Shown here one piece after another: positions 1-11,664 of a stretch of DNA of 64,000 bases. The notes under the pieces were generated by a model that saw only the letters and a program-made list of their open reading frames with translations, searched no databases and was not told the origin of the DNA. The stretch comes from an uncultured delta proteobacterium (GTDB lineage Bacteria > Myxococcota_A > Polyangia > Fen-1088). The DNA is taken from assembly GCA_963767925.1 (NCBI GenBank), contig CAVYGB010000008.1:2816001-2880000 (forward strand), written 5' to 3'. The stretch's first letter is position 1. The number at the start of each line of letters is the position of its first letter. The position numbers were made by a program, and so were the translations under genes.

Positions 1-782
1 AGGCCCGAGCCGACCGCCGCACCCGCCCCGCTCGAGGAGCCACCGCTGGCCCGCTCCGGATCCCAGGGGTTCCGGCAGAAGCCGGTGTGGGGGTTCATGC
101 CGGTGACCCCCAGGCCGATCTCGTGCATGTTTGTCTTGCCCACCAGCAGGGCCCCGGCCGCGCGCAGGCGGGCGACCGGGGTGGCGTCGGCGCGGGCCGG
201 CGCGGTCCCGAAGACGCGGGTGCCGGCGGTCGTGGGATAGGGGACCTGGTCGAGCTCGTCCTTGACCGCGACTGGCACGCCGTCGAGCAGGGACAGCGGA
301 TTGCCCCGGCGCCAGCGCTCGGCCGAGGCGCGGGCCTGCTGGCGGACGTCCGCCTCGTCGCAGGCGATGATGGCCCGCAGCGGCGGCGAGCGCTGGTTCG
401 AATCGCGGATGCCAGCCAGCACCGCCTCGGCCACCCCCTCGGGGCTGACGCGGCCGTCGCGGTAGGCCTGTCCGTAGTCGCGGGCGCCGATGCGTCCCCC
501 CGCCGGGGGCGCGGCCGCGGCCAGCCGGTCGAGCTCGGCGGCGGTGACGGCCGGGCGGGCCCGGCTGTCCGGGTCAGGCTCGATCCACGGCAAGAAGGTG
601 GGCGCCGCCTCGCTGGGCCGGCGGCGGAGCTGGGTGATCCCCATATCGGCCAGCAGCTTTGGCGCGAGGAGGGCCCGGAGCAGCGGCACCTCGAGGACCC
701 GGGCCAGCAGGCGGAGGGCCCCGCCGGTCAGCCGGGGCGCCTTCACCGGCGCGAGATCGTAGGACACGTACCGGAATAACAT
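1..782 (-). CDS. Amidase-signature family enzyme, running off the left edge of the window
   Basis: Manual minus-strand translation gives LDGVPVAVKD, GKTNMHEIG and NPWDPERASGGSSSGAGAAV, the amidase signature. Start is ATG 782 or GTG 767. Confidence 0.88.
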   Translation of the reverse strand, partial: MLFRYVSYDLAPVKAPRLTGGALRLLARVLEVPLLRALLAPKLLADMGITQLRRRPSEAAPTFLPWIEPDPDSRARPAVTAAELDRLAAAAPPAGGRIGARDYGQAYRDGRVSPEGVAEAVLAGIRDSNQRSPPLRAIIACDEADVRQQARASAERWRRGNPLSLLDGVPVAVKDELDQVPYPTTAGTRVFGTAPARADATPVARLRAAGALLVGKTNMHEIGLGVTGMNPHTGFCRNPWDPERASGGSSSGAGAAVGSG

Positions 783-853
783 GTCCCGGGGCAGGCACGG
801 AGCGGCGATTGGCTCCGGCCGGCCCCACCCGCTACGCTGGATCGAGCCCCCCG

Positions 854-2001
854 ATGACCGAGCTGCACGAGCCCACCATCGCCACCGAAGGCCTGCGCCC
901 GACCCACGTCGAGATCGATCTCGACCGACTGGCGGCCAACTACCAGGCCATCGCCGCCCACGTGGCCCCCGCCCGGGTGATGCCCATCCTGAAGGCCAAC
1001 GCCTACGGGCACGGGCTGGTGGAGGTCGCGCGCGTGCTCGAGCGGATCGGGGCCCCCTACCTGGGGGTGGCCTACCTCGAGGAGGGCCTGCGCCTGCGGC
1101 AACAGGGCGTGCGCATGCCGGTGCTGGTGCTGGGCGGGATCATCGGCTCGCAGATCCCCCGCTTCCTGGAGAACGACCTCACGTTGACCGCCTCCTCGGT
1201 CGACAAGCTGCGGGCCATCGAGGAGCAGGCGGCGGCGGCCAACACGACAGCCACCGTCCACCTCAAGATCGACACCGGCATGGGCCGGATCGGCGTGCAG
1301 TGGTACAGCGCCGAGGCCCTGCTGGAAGAGTCGCTGCGCTGCCGGCGGGTGCGGGTCGAGGGGATCTTCACCCACCTGGCCAACGCCGACGGCCCCGACG
1401 TGAGCCACGCCCGCCTGCAGCTCGAGCGCTTCGCCGAGGTGCTCCGCTTCTACGAGCGGCGCTCGCTGCCCACGCCGCTGCGCCACGCGGCCAGCTCGGG
1501 GGCGATCCTGCAGCTCCCCGACAGCTACCTCGACCTGGTCCGGCCGGGCATCCTGTTTTACGGCGCCACCCCGGCGGCCGGCCTGCCGCTCACCGTGCCG
1601 GTGGCTCAGGCCGCGCGCTGGATCACCCGGGTGGTCTTCTTCAAGGTGGTCAAGCCCGGCAACCCGGTCAGCTACGGCTCGGAGTGGACGCCCGCCCAGC
1701 CCACCCGGGTCGTGACGCTGCCGGTGGGCTACGGCGACGGGTACGGCCGGGCGATGTCGGGCAAGGCGCAGGTGCTCCTGCACGGCAAGCGCTACCCGGT
1801 GGTCGGCCGCATCTGCATGGATCAGGTGATGGTCTCGGTCGGCTGGGACTCGGCCTACAACGGCGACGAGGCGGTGCTGCTCGGCAGCCAGGGGCAGGCG
1901 TCGATCCCGATCGAGGAGCTGGCCGGCTGGGCCGGCACCATCCCCCACGAGGTGCTGACCACCATCAACACGCGTGTCCCCCGCGTGTATCGTGGGGGCT
2001 G

Positions 2002-2002
<1 letters not shown>
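854..2002 (+). CDS. alr: Alanine racemase
   Basis: PLP-lysine motif ILKANAYGHG, plus KIDTGMGRIG, PVGYGDG and GRICMDQ. Confidence 0.96.
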
Positions 2003-3206
<1,204 letters not shown>

Positions 3207-3210
<4 letters not shown>

Positions 3211-4244
3211 ACGACCCCACGGCCCAGCCCCACCGGCGGCGCAACCCCCTCACCGGGCAGTGGGTGCTGGTCTCGCCGCACCGGCTGGATCGGCCCTGGC
3301 AAGGCCGGACCGAGCCGCCGCCGGGCGGCAGCGGGCGGCCGGCGCACGATCCCGGCTGTTATCTCTGCCCGGGCAACCGGCGGGCGGGGGGCGCGGTCAA
3401 CCCGGACTACCGGCAGACCTTCGTGTTCGACAACGACTTCAGCGCCTTGCGCCCCGCTGTCCCCGCGCCCGCCGACGCCGTGGCCGTCACGGCCGATCCG
3501 CTGTTCGAGAGAGAGGCGGTGGCCGGGACCTGCCGGGTTGTCTGCTTCTCCCCCCGCCACGATCGCACCCTGGCCGACCTCCTCCCGGCCGAGATCGAGA
3601 CCGTGATCGAGACCTTCGCCGCCGAGACCGCGGCGCTGGGCGCCCGCTACCGCTGGGTGCAGGCCTTCGAGAACAAGGGGGAGATCATGGGCTGCTCGAA
3701 CCCCCATCCCCACGGCCAGGTCTGGGCCACCAGCAGCCTGCCGAACGAGGCGACCCTGGAGGACCGGGAGCAACGGGCCTACTTCCAACGGCAGGGCCGG
3801 CCCTTGCTGCTCGACTACGCCGAGCGCGAGGCGGCGGCCGGCACCCGGGTGGTGCTGGAGACGCCCAACTTCCTGGCGGTGGTCCCCTTCTGGGCGGTGT
3901 GGCCCTTCGAGACCCTGATCCTCGCCCGCCAGCCCCTGGCCCGCCTGCCCGACCTGGCGCCGGCGCAGCGGCAAGACCTGGCGCAGGCCCTGGGCCGCCT
4001 GCTGCGCGCCTACGATCGCCTGTTCGGGGTCTCCTTCCCCTATTCGATGGGCTGGCACGGGGCCCCCTTCGAGGCCGGGTCCCAGGCCCACTGGGTGCTG
4101 CACGCCCACCTCTTTCCACCCCTGGTGCGGTCGGCGGCGATCAAGAAGTTCATGGTGGGCTACGAGATGCTGGCCGAGCCCCAGCGCGACCTGACGCCCG
4201 AGTCCGCCGCCGAGCGCCTGCGGGCGCTCGTGACGGGCCCTTGA
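3207..4244 (+). CDS. galT: Galactose-1-phosphate uridylyltransferase
   Basis: HRRRNPLTGQWVLVSPHR, CYLCPGN and the HPH active site in GCSNPHPHGQ. ATGA overlap with galK. Confidence 0.96.
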
Positions 4245-4256
4245 CTTCGTCTCCGT

Positions 4257-4271
4257 TTAGACGCAGTCTAA
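4257..4271. promoter_or_regulatory. Candidate PerR/Fur-family operator TTAGAC-N3-GTCTAA overlapping a putative promoter
   Basis: Perfect 6-3-6 inverted repeat. TTGACT at 4241-4246 lies 17 bp before CAGTCT. A related site occurs upstream of ahpC. Confidence 0.6.
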
Positions 4272-4276
4272 GTGAC

Positions 4277-4690
4277 GTGAAGGAGACGCTGGTCGACATG
4301 CTCAAGGAGCGGGGGATTCAGCCCTCCGCGCAAAGGATGGCGGTGGCGCAATACGCCCTCACCACCACCGAGCACCCCTCGGCCGACCAGGTCTGGGACC
4401 GGGTCCGACGCAGCTTCCCGTTCATCTCCCGGGCCACCGTCTACAACACCCTCAACCTGTTCGTGACCAAGGGCCTGCTGCAGCCGCTGGTGCTGGCGGA
4501 GGGCAAGGTCGTGTTCGACCCCAAGACGGAGCCCCACCACCACTTCATCGACGACCAGACCGGCAGCATCCACGACGTCGCGTGGGACGCCCTGGAGGTC
4601 AAACACGTGCAGAGCCTGCGGGGCTACGACGTCCGGGCCTACCAGGTGGTCATGCGCGGCCGCCGCAAGGGGGGCACGCGCAGCACCTGA
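4277..4690 (+). CDS. Fur-family transcriptional regulator, PerR-like
   Basis: HPSADQV, ISRATVYNTL and HHHF motifs, no CxxC, directly upstream of ahpCD. Start is GTG 4277 or ATG 4298. Confidence 0.88.
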   Translation: MKETLVDMLKERGIQPSAQRMAVAQYALTTTEHPSADQVWDRVRRSFPFISRATVYNTLNLFVTKGLLQPLVLAEGKVVFDPKTEPHHHFIDDQTGSIHDVAWDALEVKHVQSLRGYDVRAYQVVMRGRRKGGTRST

Positions 4691-4718
4691 CCGGCACCTC
4701 CTCCGCTGCCCATCGGGC

Positions 4719-4741
4719 GGTCGCTGCGGCGACCTTTTTTT
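4719..4741 (+). terminator. Rho-independent terminator
   Basis: GGTCGC-tgcg-GCGACC followed by T7. Confidence 0.75.
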
Positions 4742-4752
4742 GGGCACCTAGA

Positions 4753-4767
4753 TTAGACAGATTCTAG
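4753..4767. promoter_or_regulatory. Second copy of the candidate PerR-type operator (TTAGAC-aga-TTCTAG) in the ahpC promoter
   Basis: Same left half-site and spacing as 4257-4271, within an AT-rich intergenic stretch. Confidence 0.5.
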
Positions 4768-4845
4768 ATCACAACTCAATCTAGTTAAATAACAATTCCA
4801 GAACAAGACCATTACAGGACCGTAACAAGCAAGGAGCTGGCACAG

Positions 4846-5385
4846 ATGTTGACCGTAGGAGACAAGTTCCCGTCCGTGACCGCCACGGCGGTTGTTAGCC
4901 TCGACAAGGGCAAGGAGTTCGCGCAGGTGAACACCGGCGGTAGCCCCGACAAGTGGAAGGTGATCTTCTTCTGGCCGAAGGATTTTACCTTCGTTTGTCC
5001 GACCGAGATCGCGGCCTTCGGCAAGCGCTACAAGGACTTCAAGGAGCGCGACACCGAGGTGTTCGGCGTCAGCCACGACAACGAATACGTCCACCTGGCC
5101 TGGCGCAAGACCCACCCCGATCTGAAGGACATCCCCTACCCGATGGTCGCCGACGTCAAGCAGGAGCTGACCTCCGCCGCCGGGGTGATCCACAAGCAGG
5201 ACGGCGTCCCCCTGCGGGCCACCTTCGTCGTCGACCCGACCGGGATCGTCCGGCACGTCAGCGTCAACGACCTCTCGGTCGGCCGCAGCGTGGAGGAGAT
5301 CCTGCGCCTGATCGACGGCTTCCAGACCGACGAGCTGTGCCCCTGCAACTGGCAGCCGGGACAGCCCACCCTGGAGGCGGCCTAG
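4846..5385 (+). CDS. ahpC: Peroxiredoxin (alkyl hydroperoxide reductase C)
   Basis: FWPKDFTFVCPTE and ELCPCNW. Confidence 0.96.
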   Translation: MLTVGDKFPSVTATAVVSLDKGKEFAQVNTGGSPDKWKVIFFWPKDFTFVCPTEIAAFGKRYKDFKERDTEVFGVSHDNEYVHLAWRKTHPDLKDIPYPMVADVKQELTSAAGVIHKQDGVPLRATFVVDPTGIVRHVSVNDLSVGRSVEEILRLIDGFQTDELCPCNWQPGQPTLEAA

Positions 5386-5387
5386 TC

Positions 5388-5945
5388 ATGCCCGGGCTCG
5401 ACGCCATCCGTGAGGCTCTGCCCGAGGCGGCCAAGGACATCCGACTGAACCTCGGCTCGGTCTTGCAAGGTGGGGCGTTGAGCCCGGGCCAGCGGTGGGG
5501 GGTGGCGGTCGCCTCGGCGATCGCCGCCCGCAACCCCGCCCTGCGCGACGCCGTGCTGGTCGACGCCGGGGCCGCCGGGATCCCGGCGGCGGTGGTGGAG
5601 GACGCCCGCGCGGCCGCCGCGCTCATGGCGATGAACAACGTCTACTACCGCTTCCGCCACCTGATCGGAAAGGCGGCCTACTCCGACAAGCCGGCCCGCC
5701 TGCGCATGAACCGGCTGGCCAGGCCGCTCACCAGCAAGGTCGACTTCGAGCTCTATTCGCTGGCGGTCAGCGCCATCAACGGCTGCGAGAACTGCCTGCG
5801 CTCCCACGAGGAGGCGGTGCTGGCGGGCGGGCTCAGCGAGGAGCACGTCCACGACGCCGTCCGCATCGCCGCCACCATCCAGGCCGCGGCGGTGAGCCTG
5901 GAGCTGGGCGCCGGGGCCGACCTGTCGGTCGGCGCTGCCGCCTGA
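5388..5945 (+). CDS. ahpD: Alkylhydroperoxidase AhpD
   Basis: AKDIRLNL, MAMNNVYYRF and VSAINGCENCLRSH; directly follows ahpC. Confidence 0.93.
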   Translation: MPGLDAIREALPEAAKDIRLNLGSVLQGGALSPGQRWGVAVASAIAARNPALRDAVLVDAGAAGIPAAVVEDARAAAALMAMNNVYYRFRHLIGKAAYSDKPARLRMNRLARPLTSKVDFELYSLAVSAINGCENCLRSHEEAVLAGGLSEEHVHDAVRIAATIQAAAVSLELGAGADLSVGAAA

Positions 5946-5981
5946 CCGAAGAAAAGAGGAAAAGGAGAGAGCCGCCGGCAG

Positions 5982-6008
5982 GTGCGGGACCCCCTCCGGG
6001 TCCCGCAC
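5982..6008. terminator. GC-rich hairpin after ahpD (terminator or stability element)
   Basis: GTGCGGGACCC-cctcc-GGGTCCCGCAC, an 11-bp stem with no U-tract. Confidence 0.45.
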
Positions 6009-6240
6009 ACACGTGGCACGCGACACGGCTGTCGTGGTCTCCGGCCTGTACGAGGGGCGTCTCGCCGGGAGAACGGTTCGCAGCGGCGGGGCGCAGCGCC
6101 GGCCCTGCCAGGCCACGTGTGAAACGCTGCCGCCCCTCGGCACGGCGCCTTAACGTGCCGGCGTGTCGATCCGCCGCCGAACGCGGTGAAGCTTCGCCGG
6201 CGGGGCTGCGCGGGCGCGTGTTAAATTAGCCCTCTGGCTC

Positions 6241-8859
6241 GTGCGAGTCCCGCGCGCGAGCCGAGGCCGTCCCGTGCAAGCCTTCGAAAAACGCGAGAAC
6301 CCGCACAGAGGCCGCGCTCGGATCGCGGCCCTCCGGCTTTCCGCGGCGCTCCTGCTGTCCGCGACGGTGGCGCTGCCCGCGGCGGCCGCCGAGCTCCCCG
6401 AGGCGGAGAAGCTGCTGGCGACCGGCAAATATGCCGAGAGCGAGGCGGCGGCCCGGCAGGCCATCCGGGAGGGCGCCGCGGGCCTGGGCTGGAACCAGCT
6501 CCTGGCGCGGGTGCTGCTGGTCACTGGCCAGCGCAGCAAGGCCGCCGAGCTGGTCGGCGTGCTCGTCGATCGCTACCCGTCCGACCTCGAGACGCTGGCC
6601 CTGGCCCACGACATCTACCGGGCGGCCGGCGAGAGCGAGAAGGCCGCCGCGGTGTTGACCCGCCTGCGGGCGGTGGCGAGCGCCCCCGGGGCCCTCATCG
6701 ACTCGGCCGAGGGGCTGGTGGCGGCCGGCCGGGCGGCGCTGCTGGCGGGCGACGAGCCGAAGAGCGTCCTGTCGACCTACTTCGAGGAGGCGACCCGCCG
6801 CGATCCCAAGTGCAAGGCGGCCTACCTGGCCGCCGGCGCCCTGGCGCTCGAGAAGAACGACGACAACCTGGCGTCCGAATGGTTCCGCCGGGGGCTGGCC
6901 CGCCTGGGGGCCGACGCCGACCTGCACGCCGGCCTGGCCCGGGCCTTCTACGAGTCCGACCGGCTGGAGATGGTCGCCGCCATCGACGCCGCCCTTCATC
7001 TGAATGCGCGTCATCCGGGCGCGCTGCTCCTGCGCGCCGAGCACGAGATCGATGGCGAGGACTACGCCGGCGCCCGCAAGACGCTCGAGCGCGTCCTGGC
7101 CGTCGACGCCGCCGAGCCGTCGGCCTGGGCCTTCCAGGCGGTGATCGCCCACCTGCACAACGACCCGGCCGCCGAGGCCCGGGCCCGGCAGCGGGCCCTC
7201 GCTACCTTCCCGAAGAACCCCGCGGTCGACGCCCTCATCGGCCGCAAGCTGTCGCAGAAGTACCGCTTCACCGAGGGGGCGGCCGCCCAGCGGCGGGCCC
7301 TGGCCTTCGACCCCGGTCACCTCCCGGCCAAGGCCCAGCTCGCCCAGGACCTGCTGCGCCTGGGACACGAGAAGGAAGGCTGGCAGCTCGCCGAGGAGGT
7401 GCACGAGCGCGACGGCTACGACGTGGTGGCCTACAACCTGGTCACGCTGCGGGGCAACCTGGCCAAGTTCGAGACCCGCAAGCAGGGCAGCTTCGTGGTC
7501 CGGATGGACCCCCGCGAGGCCAGCGTCTACGGCGACGAGCTGCTGGCCCTCCTGAAGGAGGCCAGCGCCCGGGTCGACCCCAAATACGGCTGGCAGGCCA
7601 GCGCCCCGGTGACGGTCGAGGTGTTCCCCGACCAGGCCGACTTCGCGGTGCGGACCTTCGGCATGCCCGGCGGAGCCGGCTACCTCGGCGTCTGCTTCGG
7701 CCCCCTCATCACCATGAACAGCCCTGCGGGCACCGGCGCCGCGATGGTGAGCTGGCGGTCGGTGCTCTGGCACGAATACACCCACGTCGTCACGCTGGGG
7801 CTCACCGGCAACAAGATCCCCCGCTGGCTGAGCGAGGGGATCTCGGTCCACGAGGAGCTGTCCCGGGACCCCACCTGGGGCCAGGGCATGACCCCCCGCT
7901 ACCGGGAGATGGTGCTGGGCGGCGAGCTGACCCCCATCTCGAAGCTGAGCAGCGCGTTCCTCAGCCCCCGCACGCCCGAGCACCTGGTGTTCGCCTACTA
8001 CCAGTCGGCGCTGGTGGTGGAGTTCCTTGTCGAGCGCTACGGGCACGAGGCCCTGCGGGCGGTGCTCAAGGACCTCGGCGCGGGGGTGGAGATCAACAAG
8101 GCGCTGGCCAGCCGGGCGGCGCCCCTGGCCGACCTGGAGAAGGCCTTCGACGCGTTCGCCCGCACCCGGGCCGAGGCCCTGGCCCCCAAGGCCGACTTCG
8201 AGCAGCCCGAGGTGGCGGAGATGCGCGGGGAGATCGGCGCGGTGGCCGCCCGCTGGCGGCGCCGCCACCCCAACAGCGTATGGGCCCTGGTCGAGGAGGG
8301 GCGCCAGCTCGTGGCCTCGGGCGAATACGCCCGGGCCCAGCCCCTGCTGGAGAAGGCCATCGCCCTGCACCCCGAGCAGCGGGGCGCGGACAACGCCTAC
8401 CTGCTGCTGGCCACCGTCCACCGGAAGCTGGGCCGCACCGCCGAGGAGCGGCGCACCCTGGAGCAGCTCGCGACGCGGGCCTCGGACGCCCTGCCCGCCT
8501 ACAGCCGCCTGATCGAGCTGGCCGACGCGGCCCGCGACAACCGGGCGCTCGCCGCCAACGCCGATCGCTTGCTGGGCGTCAGCCCCATGGGCGAGGCGGG
8601 GTGGCGCGCGCTCGGGCGGGCCCTCGAGGCGGGCGAGGGCGCCGATCCGACCCGGTCGGCGGCGGCCTACGAGCGCCTGCTCCTGCTGGAGCCGGCCGAT
8701 CAGGTCGACACGCGCTACCGCCTGGCCCGGCTGCTGCGGGGGCGCAACCTCAAGCGCGCCCGCCACCACCTGCTGGAGGCGCTGGCCGAGGCGCCCCGGT
8801 TCCGGGAGGGTTACCGGCTGCTGCTCGAGCTCGGGGGGAAGAAGGAGGCGAGCCGATGA
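6241..8859 (+). CDS. Secreted TPR-repeat protein with a central peptidase MA-like (gluzincin) domain
   Basis: Signal-like hydrophobic segment, helical TPR-like repeats, and LWHEYTHV (HExxH) followed by PRWLSEG. Start uncertain. Confidence 0.8.
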   Translation: MRVPRASRGRPVQAFEKRENPHRGRARIAALRLSAALLLSATVALPAAAAELPEAEKLLATGKYAESEAAARQAIREGAAGLGWNQLLARVLLVTGQRSKAAELVGVLVDRYPSDLETLALAHDIYRAAGESEKAAAVLTRLRAVASAPGALIDSAEGLVAAGRAALLAGDEPKSVLSTYFEEATRRDPKCKAAYLAAGALALEKNDDNLASEWFRRGLARLGADADLHAGLARAFYESDRLEMVAAIDAALHLNARHPGALLLRAEHEIDGEDYAGARKTLERVLAVDAAEPSAWAFQAVIAHLHNDPAAEARARQRALATFPKNPAVDALIGRKLSQKYRFTEGAAAQRRALAFDPGHLPAKAQLAQDLLRLGHEKEGWQLAEEVHERDGYDVVAYNLVTLRGNLAKFETRKQGSFVVRMDPREASVYGDELLALLKEASARVDPKYGWQASAPVTVEVFPDQADFAVRTFGMPGGAGYLGVCFGPLITMNSPAGTGAAMVSWRSVLWHEYTHVVTLGLTGNKIPRWLSEGISVHEELSRDPTWGQGMTPRYREMVLGGELTPISKLSSAFLSPRTPEHLVFAYYQSALVVEFLVERYGHEALRAVLKDLGAGVEINKALASRAAPLADLEKAFDAFARTRAEALAPKADFEQPEVAEMRGEIGAVAARWRRRHPNSVWALVEEGRQLVASGEYARAQPLLEKAIALHPEQRGADNAYLLLATVHRKLGRTAEERRTLEQLATRASDALPAYSRLIELADAARDNRALAANADRLLGVSPMGEAGWRALGRALEAGEGADPTRSAAAYERLLLLEPADQVDTRYRLARLLRGRNLKRARHHLLEALAEAPRFREGYRLLLELGGKKEASR

Positions 8860-9653
8860 GATGGCGCACGCGGCGACTGCTGATTCCGGTGGCGCTCCTG
8901 GCCGGGGGCATCGCCTTCGCCCAGACCGGCGACGAATACCTCGTCGACCGGGAGGGGGTGCCGACCTGGGAGAACGACAAGGAGAACCCGGACGACGTCT
9001 TCACCTTCGTGCGCATCAAGTACCCGAGCTACGGGCGGCGCTGGCGCGACGGCTGGTCGACCGACTACCCGGCCAGCGACCTCTACATGTCGTACCGCTT
9101 GCAGCAGCTCACCTCCCTGAAGGTGAACCCCAACCCCAAGGTGCTCGAGCTGACCGACCCGGCCCTGCTCGACTATCCCTGGATCTACGTCATCGAGCCG
9201 GGGGACATGGCCCTGGGGGACGAGGAGGTCAAGGCGCTGCGCCGCTACCTGCTGGGCGGCGGCTTCATGATGGTCGACGACTTCTGGGGCGAGCGGGAGT
9301 GGGCCAACTTCTACCAGGAGATGAAACGCGTCTTCCCCGAATACGAGCCGGTGGAGCTGGACGTCAGCCACCCCATCTTCAGCGCGGTGTTTCCCTTGAA
9401 GGAGAAACCCCAGGTCCCCTCGATCCACGCCTTCCGGGGTGGCCTCAGCTACGAGCGCTTTGACGCGCAGACGCCGCACTACAAGGCGCTGTTCGACGAC
9501 CAGGGCCGGATGATGGCCATCATCTGCCACAACACCGATCTCGGCGACGGCTGGGAGCGGGAGTCGGAGGACCCGGAGTACTTCCGGAAGTACTCCGAGC
9601 CGAAATCGTATCCAATGGGTATCAACATCATCTTTTACGCCATGACCCACTGA
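8856..9653 (+). CDS. DUF4159 domain protein
   Basis: FTFVRIKY, WSTDYP, YLLGGGFMMVDDFWG, HNTDLGDGWE and MGINIIFYAMTH. ATGA overlap with the upstream gene. Confidence 0.85.
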   Translation: MRWRTRRLLIPVALLAGGIAFAQTGDEYLVDREGVPTWENDKENPDDVFTFVRIKYPSYGRRWRDGWSTDYPASDLYMSYRLQQLTSLKVNPNPKVLELTDPALLDYPWIYVIEPGDMALGDEEVKALRRYLLGGGFMMVDDFWGEREWANFYQEMKRVFPEYEPVELDVSHPIFSAVFPLKEKPQVPSIHAFRGGLSYERFDAQTPHYKALFDDQGRMMAIICHNTDLGDGWERESEDPEYFRKYSEPKSYPMGINIIFYAMTH

Positions 9654-9683
9654 GCCGGGTCAGACTCGATCGGATTTGCGACG

Positions 9684-10697
9684 ATGACGAACTCCGAGGA
9701 GCAGCAGCGGCATTACGAAGACGAGCGGGAGGCGGTGGCCCAGATCCGCCAGGCGCGGCAGAAGATCGCGGCCGAGCTCGGCAAGGTGATCGTCGGCCAG
9801 AGCGCGGTCATCGACCAGCTCCTGATCGCGGTGCTGTCGGGCGGGCACGGCCTGCTCACCGGCGCACCCGGGCTGGCGAAGACCCTGCTGGTAAAGTCGC
9901 TGGCCCAGCTCTTCGATCTGCGCTTCCAGCGCATCCAGTTCACGCCCGACCTCATGCCGGCCGACATCACCGGCACCGAGATCCTGCAGGAGACCGATCA
10001 GGGCCGGCGCATGGTGTTCGTCAAGGGCCCCATCTTCGCCAACGTGATCCTGGCGGACGAGATCAACCGGACGCCCCCCAAGACCCAGGCCGCCCTGCTC
10101 GAGGCGATGCAGGAGCAGCAGGTCACCGCCGCCGGCGTGGCCCACGTCCTCGAGCGCCCGTTCTTCGTGCTCGCCACCCAGAACCCGATCGAGATGGAGG
10201 GGACCTACCCCCTGCCCGAGGCCCAGCTCGATCGCTTCATGCTCAACGTCCTCATCGACTACTTGCCGGAGGACGACGAGCTGGCGGTGGTCATGGCGAC
10301 GACCTCCCAGCAGGCCCCCAAGCTGTCCCCGGTGTTCAGCGGGCCGGACCTGCTCCGCTTCCAGAAGGTCGTGCGCGGGGTCCCCATCGCCGAGGAGGTC
10401 GGGCGCTACGCGGTGCGGCTGGCGGCGGCCTCCCGGCCGCGCCGGGCCGGCACCCCCGAGTTCGTCAACGAGTGGGTGCGCTGGGGCGCGGGCCTGCGGG
10501 CGGCGCAGTTCCTCGTGCTCGGGGCCAAGACCCGGGCCCTGCTCGAGGGGCGCTTTCACGTGACCACCGACGACATCCGGGCGCTGGCGGCGCCGGTGCT
10601 GCGCCACCGGGTGCTGCTCACCTACCGGGCCGAGGCCGAGGGGGTGACCGTGGAGACCTTGATCGGGCGGCTGGTCGAGGCAGTCCCCGGGTTGTAG
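9684..10697 (+). CDS. moxR: MoxR-family AAA+ ATPase
   Basis: GAPGLAKT, RIQFTPDLMPADITG, LADEINRTPPKTQAALLEAMQE and GTYPLPEAQLDRF. Confidence 0.95.
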   Translation: MTNSEEQQRHYEDEREAVAQIRQARQKIAAELGKVIVGQSAVIDQLLIAVLSGGHGLLTGAPGLAKTLLVKSLAQLFDLRFQRIQFTPDLMPADITGTEILQETDQGRRMVFVKGPIFANVILADEINRTPPKTQAALLEAMQEQQVTAAGVAHVLERPFFVLATQNPIEMEGTYPLPEAQLDRFMLNVLIDYLPEDDELAVVMATTSQQAPKLSPVFSGPDLLRFQKVVRGVPIAEEVGRYAVRLAAASRPRRAGTPEFVNEWVRWGAGLRAAQFLVLGAKTRALLEGRFHVTTDDIRALAAPVLRHRVLLTYRAEAEGVTVETLIGRLVEAVPGL

Positions 10698-10710
10698 TCG
10701 GGAGGCGCCG

Positions 10711-11664
10711 GTGAGCCAGGCCAAGCACCCCGACCGCGCCCAGCCCGCCCCCTCGCCGAACACCCCCCGCAGCGGGGGCATCGACGTGGCCGCCCTGATG
10801 CGGATCCAGTCGCTCGAGCTGCGGGCCCGCGGGCTTGTCGAGGGGCTGTGGCGGGGCCTGCACCGGAGCCCCTACCACGGCTTCTCGGTCGAGTTCACCG
10901 AATACCGCCCCTACAGCCCGGGCGACGACGTGCGCTTCCTCGACTGGCGCCTCTACGCCCGCAGCGATCGGGACTACATCAAGAAGTTCGAGGACGAGAC
11001 CAACCTGCGCTGCCACCTGCTGTTCGACCACAGCCGGTCGATGTCCTACGGCTCGCGCGGCTGGAGCAAGGCCGACTACGGGGCCACGCTGGCCGCCACC
11101 CTCGCCTCCTTCCTGTTCCAGCAGGGAGACGCGGTCGGCCTCACGACCTTCGCCGGCCAGATCGACGATCACCTGCCGGCGCGCAACCGCCCCGGCCACC
11201 TGCGGCGGCTGCTGGCCGCCCTGGAGCGGCCGGCCGAGGGGCGGGCCACCGCGGTGGGGCGGGCCCTCGAGCACGCCGCCGAGCTGCTGCGCCGGCGGGG
11301 CATGGTGGTACTGCTGTCCGACCTGCTGGTGCCGCTGGCCGAGTGCGAGCGCCCGCTGGCCGCCCTGCGGGCGGCCGGCCACGAGGTGGTGGTCTTCCAG
11401 ATCCTCGATCCGGCCGAGCGCACGCTGGACCTGGAGGGGCCCAGCCTGCTGCGGGACCTCGAGTCCGATCAGCTCCTGCACGTCGACCCGACGGCCGCCC
11501 GGCCCGCCTACCAGCGGGCCCTCGAGCGGCACCTGACCGAGGTGACGAGCCTGTGCGCCCGGCTGGGGGTGGACCGCCACCTCTACCTCACCGACCGGCC
11601 GCTCGAGTCGGCCCTGCTGCAGTTCCTCGGCGAGCGGGCGCAGCGGGGGAGGCAGCGGCGGTGA
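10711..11664 (+). CDS. DUF58 domain protein
   Basis: GLHRSPYHGFSVEFTEYRPYSPGDD and DHSRSM; typical MoxR partner. Confidence 0.92.
   Translation: MSQAKHPDRAQPAPSPNTPRSGGIDVAALMRIQSLELRARGLVEGLWRGLHRSPYHGFSVEFTEYRPYSPGDDVRFLDWRLYARSDRDYIKKFEDETNLRCHLLFDHSRSMSYGSRGWSKADYGATLAATLASFLFQQGDAVGLTTFAGQIDDHLPARNRPGHLRRLLAALERPAEGRATAVGRALEHAAELLRRRGMVVLLSDLLVPLAECERPLAALRAAGHEVVVFQILDPAERTLDLEGPSLLRDLESDQLLHVDPTAARPAYQRALERHLTEVTSLCARLGVDRHLYLTDRPLESALLQFLGERAQRGRQRR

Noticed and set aside
87..779. 230-aa plus-strand ORF
   Set aside because: Antisense shadow of the minus-strand amidase, which the ORF track misses because it runs off the window edge.
6007..6121. 10-bp inverted repeat CACACGTGGC / GCCACGTGTG about 100 bp apart
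   Set aside because: Short, with no convincing internal pairing or target duplication; could be chance.
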